NCBI GenBank assembly: GCA_963845565.1
Contig: CAWJSJ010000005.1
Span: forward strand, 608,001-672,000
Source: an uncultured Methylomirabilota bacterium
Lineage (GTDB): Bacteria; Methylomirabilota; Methylomirabilia; Methylomirabilales; 2-02-FULL-66-22
DNA length: 64,000 nt
Direction: 5' to 3'
Both the position numbers and the translations under genes were made by a program. This document shows, piece after piece, positions 29,781 to 41,403 of this stretch (position 1 is the stretch's first letter; each line of letters begins with the position of its first letter). Under the pieces are notes generated by a model, which was not told the origin of the DNA, did no database searches, and saw nothing but the letters and a program-made list of their open reading frames with translations.

Positions 29781-30977
29781 ATGCCCATGGCGCCTGCCAG
29801 CCTGAGCCGACGCATCAAGACCCAGGGGGCCGCCCTGGGATTCGATCTGGTGGGAATCTCGCCTGCCCAGCCGCCCGCGCATGCCGATGCCTTCGCGGAG
29901 TGGCTGCGCCGGGCGTATCACGGGGAGATGGCCTACCTCACCCGGACGGCGGAGACGCGCCTCCATCCCGAAACGTTCCTGCCCTGGGCCCGGTCTGTCG
30001 TCTCGGTCGCGCTCAACTACAACACACTCCACATCTCTTACACGCGAGAGGAGGCAGCCGGATCGGGTCGCGGCTGGATATCCCGGTATGCGTGGGGGGC
30101 CGACTATCACGACGTGATGGGCGAGAAGCTGGAACGGCTGCTCGCCTTCGTGCGGGCGGAGACCGCGCAGGATGTGCAGGGGCGGGTCTTCGTGGACGCC
30201 GGGCCGGTCCTGGATCGGGAGGTCGGGGCCCGCGCCGGGATCGGGTGGTTTGGCAAGAACACCAACTTGCTGTCCATGCGGATCGGGTCGTTCTTCGTGC
30301 TGGGGGAACTATTCCTGGGGCTGGATCTGGACTGGGACCACCCGGTGCGCGACCGCTGCGGGCGATGCCGGCTGTGCCTGGATGCCTGTCCCACGAATGC
30401 CTTTGTCGGGCCGTACGTCCTGGACGCGCGGAAGTGCATCTCGTATCTCACCATCGAGTTGAAGGGGGCCATCCCGCACGCCTTGCGCCCACTGATGGAG
30501 GCCCACATCTTCGGGTGCGACATCTGCCAGGACGTGTGCCCCTACAACACGAAAGGTCGGGCGACGGGGGAGCCGGCTTTCCAGCCGCGCCCCGGGCTGG
30601 ATGCGCCGGAACTGATCCCGCTGCTTCGGCTGACCGACGCGGAATTCAAGGCCCGGTTCCGTGGGAGCCCGATTCTCCGAGCGAAGCGGCGTGGCTTCCT
30701 GCGGAATGTGTGCGTCGCCCTCGGGAATCTGGGGTTCGCCGCCGCCGTGCCGGCGCTGGCGCAGGCCCTGGTGGGGGATCCCGACGCGCTGGTTCGCGCG
30801 CACGCGGCGTGGGCCCTCGGGCGGATCGGTGGGGCCCAGGCGGAGGGAGTCCTGGGTGAGGCCGCGGGCCGCGAAGCCGATTCAGCCGTCCGCGAGGAGA
30901 TCGCGATGGCGCTGGACGAGATCGGCGCAGCCGGCATGCCGGCGCGACCGGACGCGCCGGATCGTCGGCCGGGCTGA
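29781..30977 (+). CDS. queG: tRNA epoxyqueuosine reductase
   Basis: ISRYAWGADYH, GWFGKN, CGRCRLCLDACPT, GCDICQDVCP, HEAT-like tail. Confidence 0.95.
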   Translation: MPMAPASLSRRIKTQGAALGFDLVGISPAQPPAHADAFAEWLRRAYHGEMAYLTRTAETRLHPETFLPWARSVVSVALNYNTLHISYTREEAAGSGRGWISRYAWGADYHDVMGEKLERLLAFVRAETAQDVQGRVFVDAGPVLDREVGARAGIGWFGKNTNLLSMRIGSFFVLGELFLGLDLDWDHPVRDRCGRCRLCLDACPTNAFVGPYVLDARKCISYLTIELKGAIPHALRPLMEAHIFGCDICQDVCPYNTKGRATGEPAFQPRPGLDAPELIPLLRLTDAEFKARFRGSPILRAKRRGFLRNVCVALGNLGFAAAVPALAQALVGDPDALVRAHAAWALGRIGGAQAEGVLGEAAGREADSAVREEIAMALDEIGAAGMPARPDAPDRRPG

Positions 30978-31015
30978 GCCGTTGTCAAAGAGTAAATGGA
31001 CAAGACGGCTCCTAA
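30975..31015. mobile_element. Internally deleted 35-bp version of MITE family 1
   Basis: TGA-GCCGTTGTCAAAGA...ACGGCTCC-TAA keeps both ends of the 99-bp element. Confidence 0.7.
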
Positions 31016-31171
31016 GAGGATGCTGAAATACACGCTTTCACTCAGGCTGCTCAAAAAGGCCTAGATGCAAGGCGGCGGGCCGACGGCCGAGCGAGGCGTA
31101 CTGGAGGTACGCCGCAGCGAGTGCCGAGGCGAGCCAACGCGGCAGATGGGCCTTTTTCAGCAGCTTGCTAA
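31013..31171. mobile_element. MITE family 2, copy B
   Basis: Same ends and internal blocks (GATGCAAGGCGGCG, GAGGCGTAC, CGCAGCG, CCAACGC) as copy A. Confidence 0.8.
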
Positions 31172-31450
31172 TCAGCCCTCGTGGGGTGGGGGCTGGGACT
31201 GGAGGAGTTGGTCGAGGCGCTCTTTCGCCTGCCGGGCGCGCTCGAGGTGCCGGCCGCAGATCTGGAGGATCTCATTTCGGAGCGTCGGTCGGAGGGTCAT
31301 GGCGAAACCAATGAGCCCCGTCAGCGCCTCGTCGATCGCCTGGACGGCGACCTCGATTTCTTTCCGTGCGGTGGGGTCCATGTCATCCTCCCGTTCGGGA
31401 TATTGATCGGGGATGGGGGGCGCCAGATGCTCACGCTCGTCGGTCGCCAT
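31172..31450 (-). CDS. Small hypothetical helical protein
   Basis: ORF with amphipathic helices EIEVAVQAIDEALTGLIGFAMTL; start uncertain. Confidence 0.55.
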   Translation of the reverse strand: MATDEREHLAPPIPDQYPEREDDMDPTARKEIEVAVQAIDEALTGLIGFAMTLRPTLRNEILQICGRHLERARQAKERLDQLLQSQPPPHEG

Positions 31451-31623
31451 GCCGCGCATTTCGGCCGACCGCCTGGGTTTTCCCGTGACAAGGTTCGTGC
31501 CCGCCACTATATTCCTTCCGGGCGGTGTAGAGGAATCCTATCATAAGAGGCACCGGCGGAGCAGGCGGAGTGGTCTCGCGGACCGGTGGCCGGCCGCGGG
31601 GGCTTCTTTGGTGAGGTGAGGAA

Positions 31624-32016
31624 ATGCCGGACATCAAGATCCACACACAGAGGACGCAGGAGATGGTGGACATCACCGCGCAGGTCACTGAGGTGGTGCG
31701 CCAGGCGGGGGTGCGGAGCGGCCTCTGCATGGTGTACGTTCCCCACGCCACCGCGGCGGTCGTCATCAACGAGAATGCCGACCCGAACGTGTGCCAGGAC
31801 ATCCTGGATGCGCTGGGGCGGATGGTTCCCGAGGGCGCCTGGCGGCATGACCGGGTGGACAACAACGCCGCGGCCCACATCAAGGCCACGATCCTCGGTC
31901 CCAGCGAGACGGTGCCGGTCCGGGACGGCAGCCTGCAGCTCGGGACCTGGCAAAGTCTGATGCTGGTGGAATTCGACGGTCCCCGGGAGCGGACCCTGAT
32001 CGTCGAAGTGCGCTGA
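31624..32016 (+). CDS. yjbQ: YjbQ/UPF0047 family protein
   Basis: HATAAVVINENADP, AHIKA, LGTWQ, EFDGPR. Confidence 0.92.
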   Translation: MPDIKIHTQRTQEMVDITAQVTEVVRQAGVRSGLCMVYVPHATAAVVINENADPNVCQDILDALGRMVPEGAWRHDRVDNNAAAHIKATILGPSETVPVRDGSLQLGTWQSLMLVEFDGPRERTLIVEVR

Positions 32017-32043
32017 TCCGCAGTCCTGTTCCAAGGGCACCCC

Positions 32044-32874
32044 ATGACCCTGATCGAAGCCTGCGCCCTGGGGATCGTCCAGGGCATCACGGAATTCCTC
32101 CCCATCAGCAGCACGGCCCATCTGCGGGTGGTCCCCGCCCTGCTCGGCTGGGAGGACCCCGGGGCCGCGTTTACCGCGGTGGTGCAACTTGGCACGCTGC
32201 TGGCCGTCCTGGTGTACTTCGCCGGCGACATGCGAACCATGGCTCGCGCCGCCCTCGCGGGGTTGATGGGCGGAAAGCCACTGGCGAGCCAGGAGGCCCG
32301 CCTGGCATGGTTCATCATCATCGGTACCTTTCCGATCGGGCTATGCGGGCTGGCCTTCAAGAGACACATCGAAGGGGAGTGGCGCTCGCTGTATGTGATC
32401 TCCGCCAGTTTGATCCTCCTGGGGATCGTGCTGTGGTGGGCCGAGCGGTCGGCGACGTTCCGGCGTGAGGTGGACCAGATCGGGTGGCTGGACAGCCAGT
32501 TGATCGGGCTTGCGCAGGCGGTGGCCCTGATCCCCGGGGCGTCCCGGTCGGGCACGACGATGACTGCGGCGATGCTCCTGGGTCTCACCCGCGAGTCGGC
32601 GGCGCGCTTCTCCTTCCTGCTAGGGATTCCGGCGATCGGCGCGGCCGGGCTCTTCGAGCTGCGGGACCTCCTGAAACACGGTGCGGGTGGGGTGGGGCTC
32701 CCGGCCCTGGCGGCGGCCACGTTGACTTCGGCGGTGAGCGGGTATCTGGCGATTGACCTCTTGCTCCGGTATTTGCGCCGGAATACCACCTATCTGTTCG
32801 TCTGGTATCGCATTGGGTTGGGGCTGCTGCTCCTCCTTCTGCTGTCTGCGGGCATCTTGAAGCCCCTGGGGTAA
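32044..32874 (+). CDS. uppP: Undecaprenyl-diphosphate phosphatase
   Basis: QGITEFLPISSTAH, PGASRSG, ARFSFLL. Confidence 0.96.
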   Translation: MTLIEACALGIVQGITEFLPISSTAHLRVVPALLGWEDPGAAFTAVVQLGTLLAVLVYFAGDMRTMARAALAGLMGGKPLASQEARLAWFIIIGTFPIGLCGLAFKRHIEGEWRSLYVISASLILLGIVLWWAERSATFRREVDQIGWLDSQLIGLAQAVALIPGASRSGTTMTAAMLLGLTRESAARFSFLLGIPAIGAAGLFELRDLLKHGAGGVGLPALAAATLTSAVSGYLAIDLLLRYLRRNTTYLFVWYRIGLGLLLLLLLSAGILKPLG

Positions 32875-32920
32875 TCCATCTTCCATGTGTCCATGCGGAC
32901 GCATGGCGCGAGGGCGAGAC

Positions 32921-33754
32921 ATGTTCAACGGCATTCATCATGTGGCGGTGGTGGTGCGAGATATCGAAAAGGCGTTGGGGTTCTACCGGGACGTCCTGGG
33001 CCTGCCGCTCGGGAAGCGGGCCACGGTCGCCGATCAGGGGGTCCACGCCGCGTTGCTGCCGGCCGGGCGGGACGAGATCGAGCTCCTGGAGCCGACCAAT
33101 CCGGCGGGCGGGGTGGCCCGGTTCCTGGAGAAGAAGGGCGAGGGGATCCACCACCTGTGCGTGGAGACGCCGGATGTCGCCGCCGCCCTCGATCGGATCA
33201 AGGCCGCCAACCTGCAGGTGATCGACCAGGCGCCGCGGAAGGGCCTGGCCGGGACGATCGCGTTCCTGCACCCGGCGGCGTGCCAGGGAATCTTGGTCGA
33301 GCTGGCCCAGCCGGCCGAGGCCGGCCATCCGCATCCGCCCTCGCCGGACGGCATCCGGGCGACGGGGATCGAGACGTTCTACCTGGGGACGAAGGATCTG
33401 CGGGCCGCCGGGGAACACTTCGCCCGGCATTTCGACGCGACGGTCCAGGGGCCGGACCGGGACGCGCGGCTCCTGGCGGACCGCATGACGGTCCGGATCG
33501 GCGGCAGCCGCCTGACGCTCCTCGACTGCGCCCAGTTGGCGGCGTCTCCCGAGGTCTCTCGATTCCTGGAGGGCCGCACCGAGGGGTTGCTTGGCCTGTG
33601 CCTTGCCGTCGCCGATTTCGACGGGGCCGTCGGGCATCTCACACGACACGGCGTACCGGTCGAGGTACGGAGAGCCGACGCCGGCGCCCCGCTGGCCAAG
33701 CTGCCGGTCGAGCGAACCCACGGCGTCGGCGTGTTTCTGACGCCGAGACTGTAG
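32921..33754 (+). CDS. Methylmalonyl-CoA epimerase-like protein with a second VOC domain
   Basis: HHVAVVV, IELLEP, GEGIHHLC, FLHP...GILVEL; second degenerate VOC domain follows. Confidence 0.8.
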   Translation: MFNGIHHVAVVVRDIEKALGFYRDVLGLPLGKRATVADQGVHAALLPAGRDEIELLEPTNPAGGVARFLEKKGEGIHHLCVETPDVAAALDRIKAANLQVIDQAPRKGLAGTIAFLHPAACQGILVELAQPAEAGHPHPPSPDGIRATGIETFYLGTKDLRAAGEHFARHFDATVQGPDRDARLLADRMTVRIGGSRLTLLDCAQLAASPEVSRFLEGRTEGLLGLCLAVADFDGAVGHLTRHGVPVEVRRADAGAPLAKLPVERTHGVGVFLTPRL

Positions 33755-33792
33755 CGGCCTGTGGGCCGAATAAGACGTTTCTGCCCTGTTTC

Positions 33793-33880
33793 CAAATCGC
33801 TCAATCGCCCGGGCGCCCAGTCTCCTGATTTCCCAGTCGCCTGTTCGCCGAATCGCCCACTTGCCCAATTGCCAAATTCC
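33793..33880. repeat. Octamer array, single arm (11 units)
   Basis: CAAATCGC TCAATCGC ... CGAATCGC CCACTTGC CCAATTGC, same unit as the right arm at ~17973-18037. Confidence 0.8.
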
Positions 33881-34121
33881 CACCTTCCCTATTCAGGCTC
33901 TTCTGGGGTGGCGAAGCCGGAGCGTGTCGCGGGGCGACATTGGTCTGAAGGGCACCACATACCCATGGAGCGCTGATCCGCGTGGCGGTCAGCAGGCTTG
34001 TGGAGGCGACGTCACAGCGAGATCAAGAAGCAAGGGGATCGCTCTGAGAAATCTGATCGGCTGTCGAGCAAATTTCAAGGAAGAGGCACTCGACGGCCTG
34101 CGGCTCTCGAAGGAGGCCAGC

Positions 34122-34328
34122 GTGACGCTCGGGATCGGGTTCGCCGTGGGCAACGTCACGCTCGCCTCGGCGGCGGCCATCACGATCCTGAATCGCATTG
34201 TATACACGGTGTTCGCGGTAGTATATTTCTTGACCGAGGTGCCGCCGCCGCTCGGCGTGGTGGCCGTCTTCCGCTGCTGCCGCACCCCAGCGGTGACGCA
34301 AGTGGACCCATCTCGCAACCCCCGGTGA
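34122..34328 (+). CDS. Small hydrophobic protein upstream of the sigma54 activator
   Basis: AAGGAGG SD plus GTG, 68 aa; 3' part repeated at ~36866-37028. Confidence 0.45.
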   Translation: MTLGIGFAVGNVTLASAAAITILNRIVYTVFAVVYFLTEVPPPLGVVAVFRCCRTPAVTQVDPSRNPR

Positions 34329-34332
34329 CCCG

Positions 34333-36676
34333 ATGACCCAATCGGAAGCCGCCCTGCGGAAAGAATTTGAAGAGCGGCTTCGGTTCGAAACGCTCCTGGC
34401 CGATCTGTCCACACGCTTTGTTTCGCTGCCCGCCGACCAGGTTGACCGCGAAATCGAAAACGCCCAGCGGCGGGTCTGCGAACTTCTCGGAATGGATCTG
34501 GCTGCTCTGTGGCAATGGTCCGATGAGGGGCCGCGGAACTTCACGATAACTCACCTGTATCGCCCGCTGGGAGGCCCGCCGCCTCCCGAACGGATCGTCG
34601 CCCAGGAGATGTTTCCGTGGTGCCTGCAGCATCTACTGGCGGGCACGATGATTCGCGTCTCCTCCGTGGATGCGCTGCCCCGCGGAGGCCGCGCGCGACA
34701 GGGAGACCTGGCGCCATTTTGGCATCAAGTCCATCGTGGCGTTTCCGCTGTCGCCCGGAGGGGGGCAGCTTTCGGCGCGCTGGTCTTCAATGCCATGCGG
34801 GAGGAGCGCACGTGGCCGGACGCGATCGTGAACCGACTGCACCTGGTCGCGCAGATCTTCGCCAACGCGCTTGCCCGGAAGCAGGCGGACCTGGCGTTGC
34901 GCGAAAGCGAGGCGCGCCTGAGCCTGGCGGCGACGTCTGCCGGGGTGGGGTTCTGGACGGTGGAGGACGAGTACCGGGCGTGTCTGGGCCACCGAGACGC
35001 TCCGGGAACTGTTCGGGTTCGCGCCGGATGTCGCGCTCACCCCCGAGAGCTTCTACCAGATTGCGCACCCCGAGGACCGTGAGCGGCTGCGCGAGGTGGT
35101 CGGACAGGCCATGCAGTCGGGGGAGGAATTCCTGGTCGAGTACCGCATCCTGTCTCCCGACGGGAGCCTGCGCTGGATCGCCTCTCGAGGACGCCGACCC
35201 CCGAACTCGACTCCAGGTTCGGAGGCCCTGTTGGGCATCTCCATGGACATCACCGAGCGCAAACACGGCGGAGGAGGCCCTCCACGGGCAGGCGAGGTAC
35301 AATCGGAGTCTGATCGAGGCCAGCCTCGACCCCCTGTGCGACCATCGGGCCCGGACGGCAAGATCGCCGACGTCAATGCAGCGACGGAGGCTCGCCACCG
35401 GCTGCTCGTGACAGGAACTTCGGGACGGACTTCTCCGACGTACTTCACCCGACCTGAGAAGGCGCGGGCCGGGTACGAGCACGGCGTTTCGCGAGGGGCA
35501 GGCTGCGCGATTACGCGCTCGACCGTGCGGCATCGGGATGGGCGGACGACCTCGGTGCTCTACAATGCCTCCGTGTACCGGGATGAGGACGGACGGGTGG
35601 CCGGCGTGTTCACCGCGGCGCGCGACGTCACCGAGCGGAGACGGCTGGAGGAGCAATTGCAGGTGCGGCTCCAGGAGATCGAGCGGCTCAAACAGCGGCT
35701 GGAGCATGAGAACATCTACCTGCGGGAAGAGGTGAAGCACCTGTCCGCATACGACGAGATCATCGGTCGGAGCGACCTGATGCGGGACGTCCTGGCGCAG
35801 GTCGACCGGGTGGCAGCGACGGATTCCACCGTCCTCATCACCGGGGAGACCGGCACGGGGAAGGAGTTGGTGGCTCGGGCCATCCACGGCGTCAGTAAGC
35901 GGAAGGACCGGGCGCTGGTGACGATTAACTGCGCCTCGCTCCCCCCGTCCCTCATCGAGAGTGAGCTGTTCGGCCGCGAGAAGGGTGCCTATACCGGTGC
36001 CTTGACCATGATGAAGGGCCGATTCGAGGTGGCCGATGGGTCCACCATCTTCCTCGACGAGATCGGCGAGCTGGGCCTCGAGGTGCAGGCGAAGCTTCTC
36101 CGCGTCCTGGAAGAGGGACGCTTCGAGCGGCTGGGATCTCCGAAGACCGTCCACGTGAACGTGCGGATCATCGCTGCCACCAACCGGGACCTGGCGCAGG
36201 ATGTTCAGGACGGCAAGTTCAGAAAGGACCTCTATTATCGCCTGAATGTGTTCCCGATCTGGATCCCGCCGCTCCGTGAGCGCTCCGAGGACATCCCGTT
36301 GCTGGTCTGGGCGCTTGTCAGGGAATTCGAGAGAAAGATGGGCAAGCGCGTCGAAAGCATCCCGAAGCGAAGCCTGGAGGCCCTGCAGCGTTATGCGTGG
36401 CCGGGCAACGTGCGCGAACTCCGCAACGTCATCGAGCGCGCCATGATCGTGAGCAGCGGGAAGAGCCTGGATCTGCACATCCCCGCAATTGCCTCCGCCG
36501 AGCCGGTGACGTCCCAAGCACTCGAGGACGTCGAGCGCACGCATATCCTGAGCGTGCTGGAGAAAACGCGGTGGCGCCTCATGGGTCACGGCGGCGCCGC
36601 CGAACGCCTCGGGCTCAAGCGAACCACGCTGCAGTCGCGGATGAAGAAGCTCGGAATCAAGCGGCCTCCATCCTGA
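34333..36676 (+). CDS. Sigma54-dependent activator (GAF-PAS-PAS-AAA+-HTH), several frameshifts
   Basis: GAF-like N-terminus, EYRILSPDGSLRWI PAC motif, GETGTGKE, GAYTGA, WPGNVREL, HTH. Confidence 0.88.
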
Positions 36677-36695
36677 CGCCAGACGCCCAAGGGGG

Positions 36696-36838
36696 GGCAA
36701 TTGGGCAGCGAGGCGACTCGGCAATTGGGTAATTGGGCAACTTGGTCCGAACCGAGCTGCCCTTCGCCTTTCCAATTCCCACGTCGCCCACTTCCCCAGC
36801 CGCCTGATTGCCTGATTGCCCAATCGCCAGATCGCCGA
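36696..36838. repeat. Inverted octamer-array element
   Basis: 6 GGCAATTG-like units, spacer, 7 reverse units. Confidence 0.8.
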
Positions 36839-37032
36839 CCAAGAACGCCAAGAGACGCCCATCCGGTCGGCCATCGCCGTCACACTCCTGAATCACGTTG
36901 AATACGTCGTGTTTGCAGTAGTATATTTCCTCACCGAGGTGCCGCTGCTGCTCGGTGTGGTGGCCGTCTTCCGTTGCTGCCGCAGACTGCCGGCGCCGCA
37001 GGTGGACCTATCTCGGAACCCCCGGTGACGCG

Positions 37033-38625
37033 ATGACCCAAACGGAAGCGAACCTCTACGCGAGTGCTCGAAGAGCGGCTTCGGTTCGAGACGCTCCTGG
37101 CCGATCTGTCGGCACGCTTTGTCGCGCTTGCCCGCCGACCAGGTTGACGGCGCGATCGAAGACGCCCAGCGCCGCATCGTGGACGCCCTTGCGCTGGACC
37201 GTAGTACGCTGTTCCAATACTCGGAGGAGAACAAGGAAGTAATCCTCACGCATTTCTGGGTCCGTCCCGGGCTATTGCCACATCCCCGGCGGACTTTCCG
37301 CGAAGGAGCACTATCCCTGGGCATTCGAGAAGATAGTGATGCAGCGCGAAATCATTCGGTTCTCGAGCGTCAACGATCTTCCACCCGAGGCCGCCCGGGA
37401 CGTGGAAACCATGCGGACGTACGGGCAGAAGTCGAACGTCACGTTTCCACTCATAGCCGAAGGGCGGGTGTTAGGCGGACTGGCGTTTGGAACGATGCGA
37501 GAGGAGCGGCACTGGACCGATGACCTGGTCGCCCGGCTGCGGTTGGTGGCGGACATCTTTGCGAATACGCTCGCGCGAAAGCGGAGCGAGGAAAGCCTCC
37601 GGCAGGCGCTCGACGAAGTGCAGCGGCTGAAGGACCAACTGCAGCGGGAGGTCACGTACCTCCAGGGGGAAGTCGAGGCGCTGCACGGCCACGACGACGT
37701 CACCGGCACGAGCCCGGCCCTCCGCGAGGTGCTGACCCAGGTGGATCGCGTCGCCCCGACGGATGCCACCGTCCTCCTGCGTGGGCGAGACCGGCACCGG
37801 CAAGGAGCTGCTGGCGGAGACGATCCACGCGCGGAGTCGCCGCAAGACCCGGGTGATGATCAAGGTCAACTGCGCGGCCCTGGCCCCGACGCTGATCGAG
37901 GCCGAGCTGTTCGGCCGGGAGAAGGGCGCCTATACGGGAGCCGTGACTCGGCAGGCGGGACGGTTCGAGCTGGCAGACGGCTCGACCCTCTTCCTCGATG
38001 AAGTGGCCGAAATCCCGCTCGACCTCCAGGCCAAGCTCCTGCGGGTCCTCGAGGCGGGCGAGTTCGAGCGGCTTGGCAGCACGAAGACGCTCCGGGTCAA
38101 TGTCCGCCTCATCGCCGCCTCCAACCGGGACCTGACCAAGGCGGTCGCCGCCGGGGCGTTCCGCGCGGACCTCTATTACCGATTGAACGCCTTCCCGCTC
38201 GCCGTTCCGCCGCTCCGCGAGCGCCCCGAGGATATTCCGCTGCTCGCCTGGACCTTCGCCAAGCGGTTTGGGGTCTTGCTCGGCAAGCCGGTCGAACGCA
38301 TCCCGCGCGAGGTGATGGAGGCGCTCCAGCGCTACCCGTGGCCCGGCAACGTCCGGGAGCTCCGCAACACGATCGAGCGCGCGATCATCCTGGCGGACTC
38401 CTCGACGCTCCGCCTGCCCGCCGGGCCAATCACCGATGGGCACTCGGGACCCGTCCCTGACCTTTGAAGAAGCCCACGGATCGCTGCGCGGGCCCATATC
38501 CAGAGTGTGCTGGAACGCACCGGTTGGCGCATTCGCGGGGCGGGGGCGCCGCGGAACGCCTCGGCCTCAAGCCGACCACGCTCGAAGCCCGGATGAAGAA
38601 GCTCGGGATCAGGCGGCCAGCCTGA
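37033..38625 (+). CDS. Sigma54-dependent activator (GAF-AAA+-HTH), paralog of the previous gene, several frameshifts
   Basis: Similar N-terminus (MTQTEA...RFETLLADLS after frame correction), GETGTGKE, GAYTGA, HTH ending RMKKLGIRRPA. Confidence 0.85.
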
Positions 38626-38627
38626 GC

Positions 38628-38781
38628 CTCCAATTACTTTGGAGTTTCTCCACTTTCTTTGGAGATTTTCCCGCCACTCGCTCCTCCACTGTCAACGATC
38701 ATCATTCCTTGTAACTAACTGATTATATTCTGCTGAAGCCTATCCTATGCGCCATCCTCATCTCCTGGCTCGGTGTTTGCT
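38628..38781 (+). promoter_or_regulatory. Sigma54 promoter with tandem enhancer palindromes and IHF-like site
   Basis: CTCCA-N7-TGGAG at 38628 and 38648; TAACTAACTGATT at 38712; TGGCTC-GGTGT-TTGCT at 38766. Confidence 0.75.
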
Positions 38782-38843
38782 CTTTGTACCGCCATCTGGT
38801 TTCCTTCCCTCGTGGGCCCTCGATTGAAAGAGGAGCTATCGCG

Positions 38844-39176
38844 ATGATCCGCTGCACGCTCCGGCTCCTCGTGTCCGAGGCCCATCGCCGCCAGGTCGTC
38901 GCTTCTCTCACCCCACTGATCGGGTGGACCCGGGTCGAACCGGGCTGCCGGGGGTGCCACCTGCTCGCTGACCTCGATGAGCCCCGGGCGATCGTCCTCA
39001 CGGAAGAGTGGGACTCCCAGGACGATTTGGACCGACACCTGCGCTCCGAGGAGTACCGGCGTGTCCTGGCCGCGATCGAGTTGTCCCAGGAGGCGCCGGA
39101 GATTCGTTTTGACACCGTGGAGAACCGAAGCGGGTTCGAGGTCGTAGAAGCCGCGCGGCTGCCCCAGACGGAATGA
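38844..39176 (+). CDS. Antibiotic biosynthesis monooxygenase (ABM) family protein
   Basis: TRVEPGCRG...LTEEWDSQDDLDRHLRS; SD AGGAG. Confidence 0.8.
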   Translation: MIRCTLRLLVSEAHRRQVVASLTPLIGWTRVEPGCRGCHLLADLDEPRAIVLTEEWDSQDDLDRHLRSEEYRRVLAAIELSQEAPEIRFDTVENRSGFEVVEAARLPQTE

Positions 39177-39379
39177 GGCGCTGCCCGTGGTGTTCGCGAT
39201 GAGTCCGGACGTTGAAATGGTCCGGGGGAGGCACGAGGGCTCCCTGGTGGGTTGGCCGCCGCCACGGGGCTGGCTCAAAACGAAACGCACCGTGGAGAGG
39301 AGATGGCAGACGTCCAAGACAGCCCTGGAGTCAAACGATGGGAGGCAGGACAAAAACACTTCGAACAGGAGGTCTCGCG

Positions 39380-40992
<1,613 letters not shown>

Positions 40993-41403
40993 CCGGAGTG
41001 AACTTGGCGGGGCGGCACGCAAGGGCTGCCCCGCCGCTGAATCTGAACAGACGACGGGTTCACGCGAACGATTCAGGGGCGAATCAAACCCCAGTCGATC
41101 CAAACACCACGGCCGAAACCGCACGCGAGGGGTCGAGGCTCAAGGTCTTTTCTCGAGTTGCGTTCCCCTGGGCACGCCGGCCGCGCGAATGCGCTGACCC
41201 ATGATGCCAATCGCGACAATCTCGTGGCAATGTGCTGTCAAGCAGCCATACGGCAGAGCGTCGAAGTGGCTCTTCAGCAGGGTGAGGTGATGCTTCCTGT
41301 CAGTTATCGTCCATGGGAAGCAGCCTCGCCTTGGGGCGAGGCCAGATTACCCCGTAACCTCCCGAGGAACGCTGACACCCCGGGACCGACCAAGGAGGAG
41401 ACC

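Noticed and set aside
41007..41034. Hairpin after sulfatase 1 as an intrinsic terminator
   Set aside because: GC stem present but no U-tract; function cannot be supported
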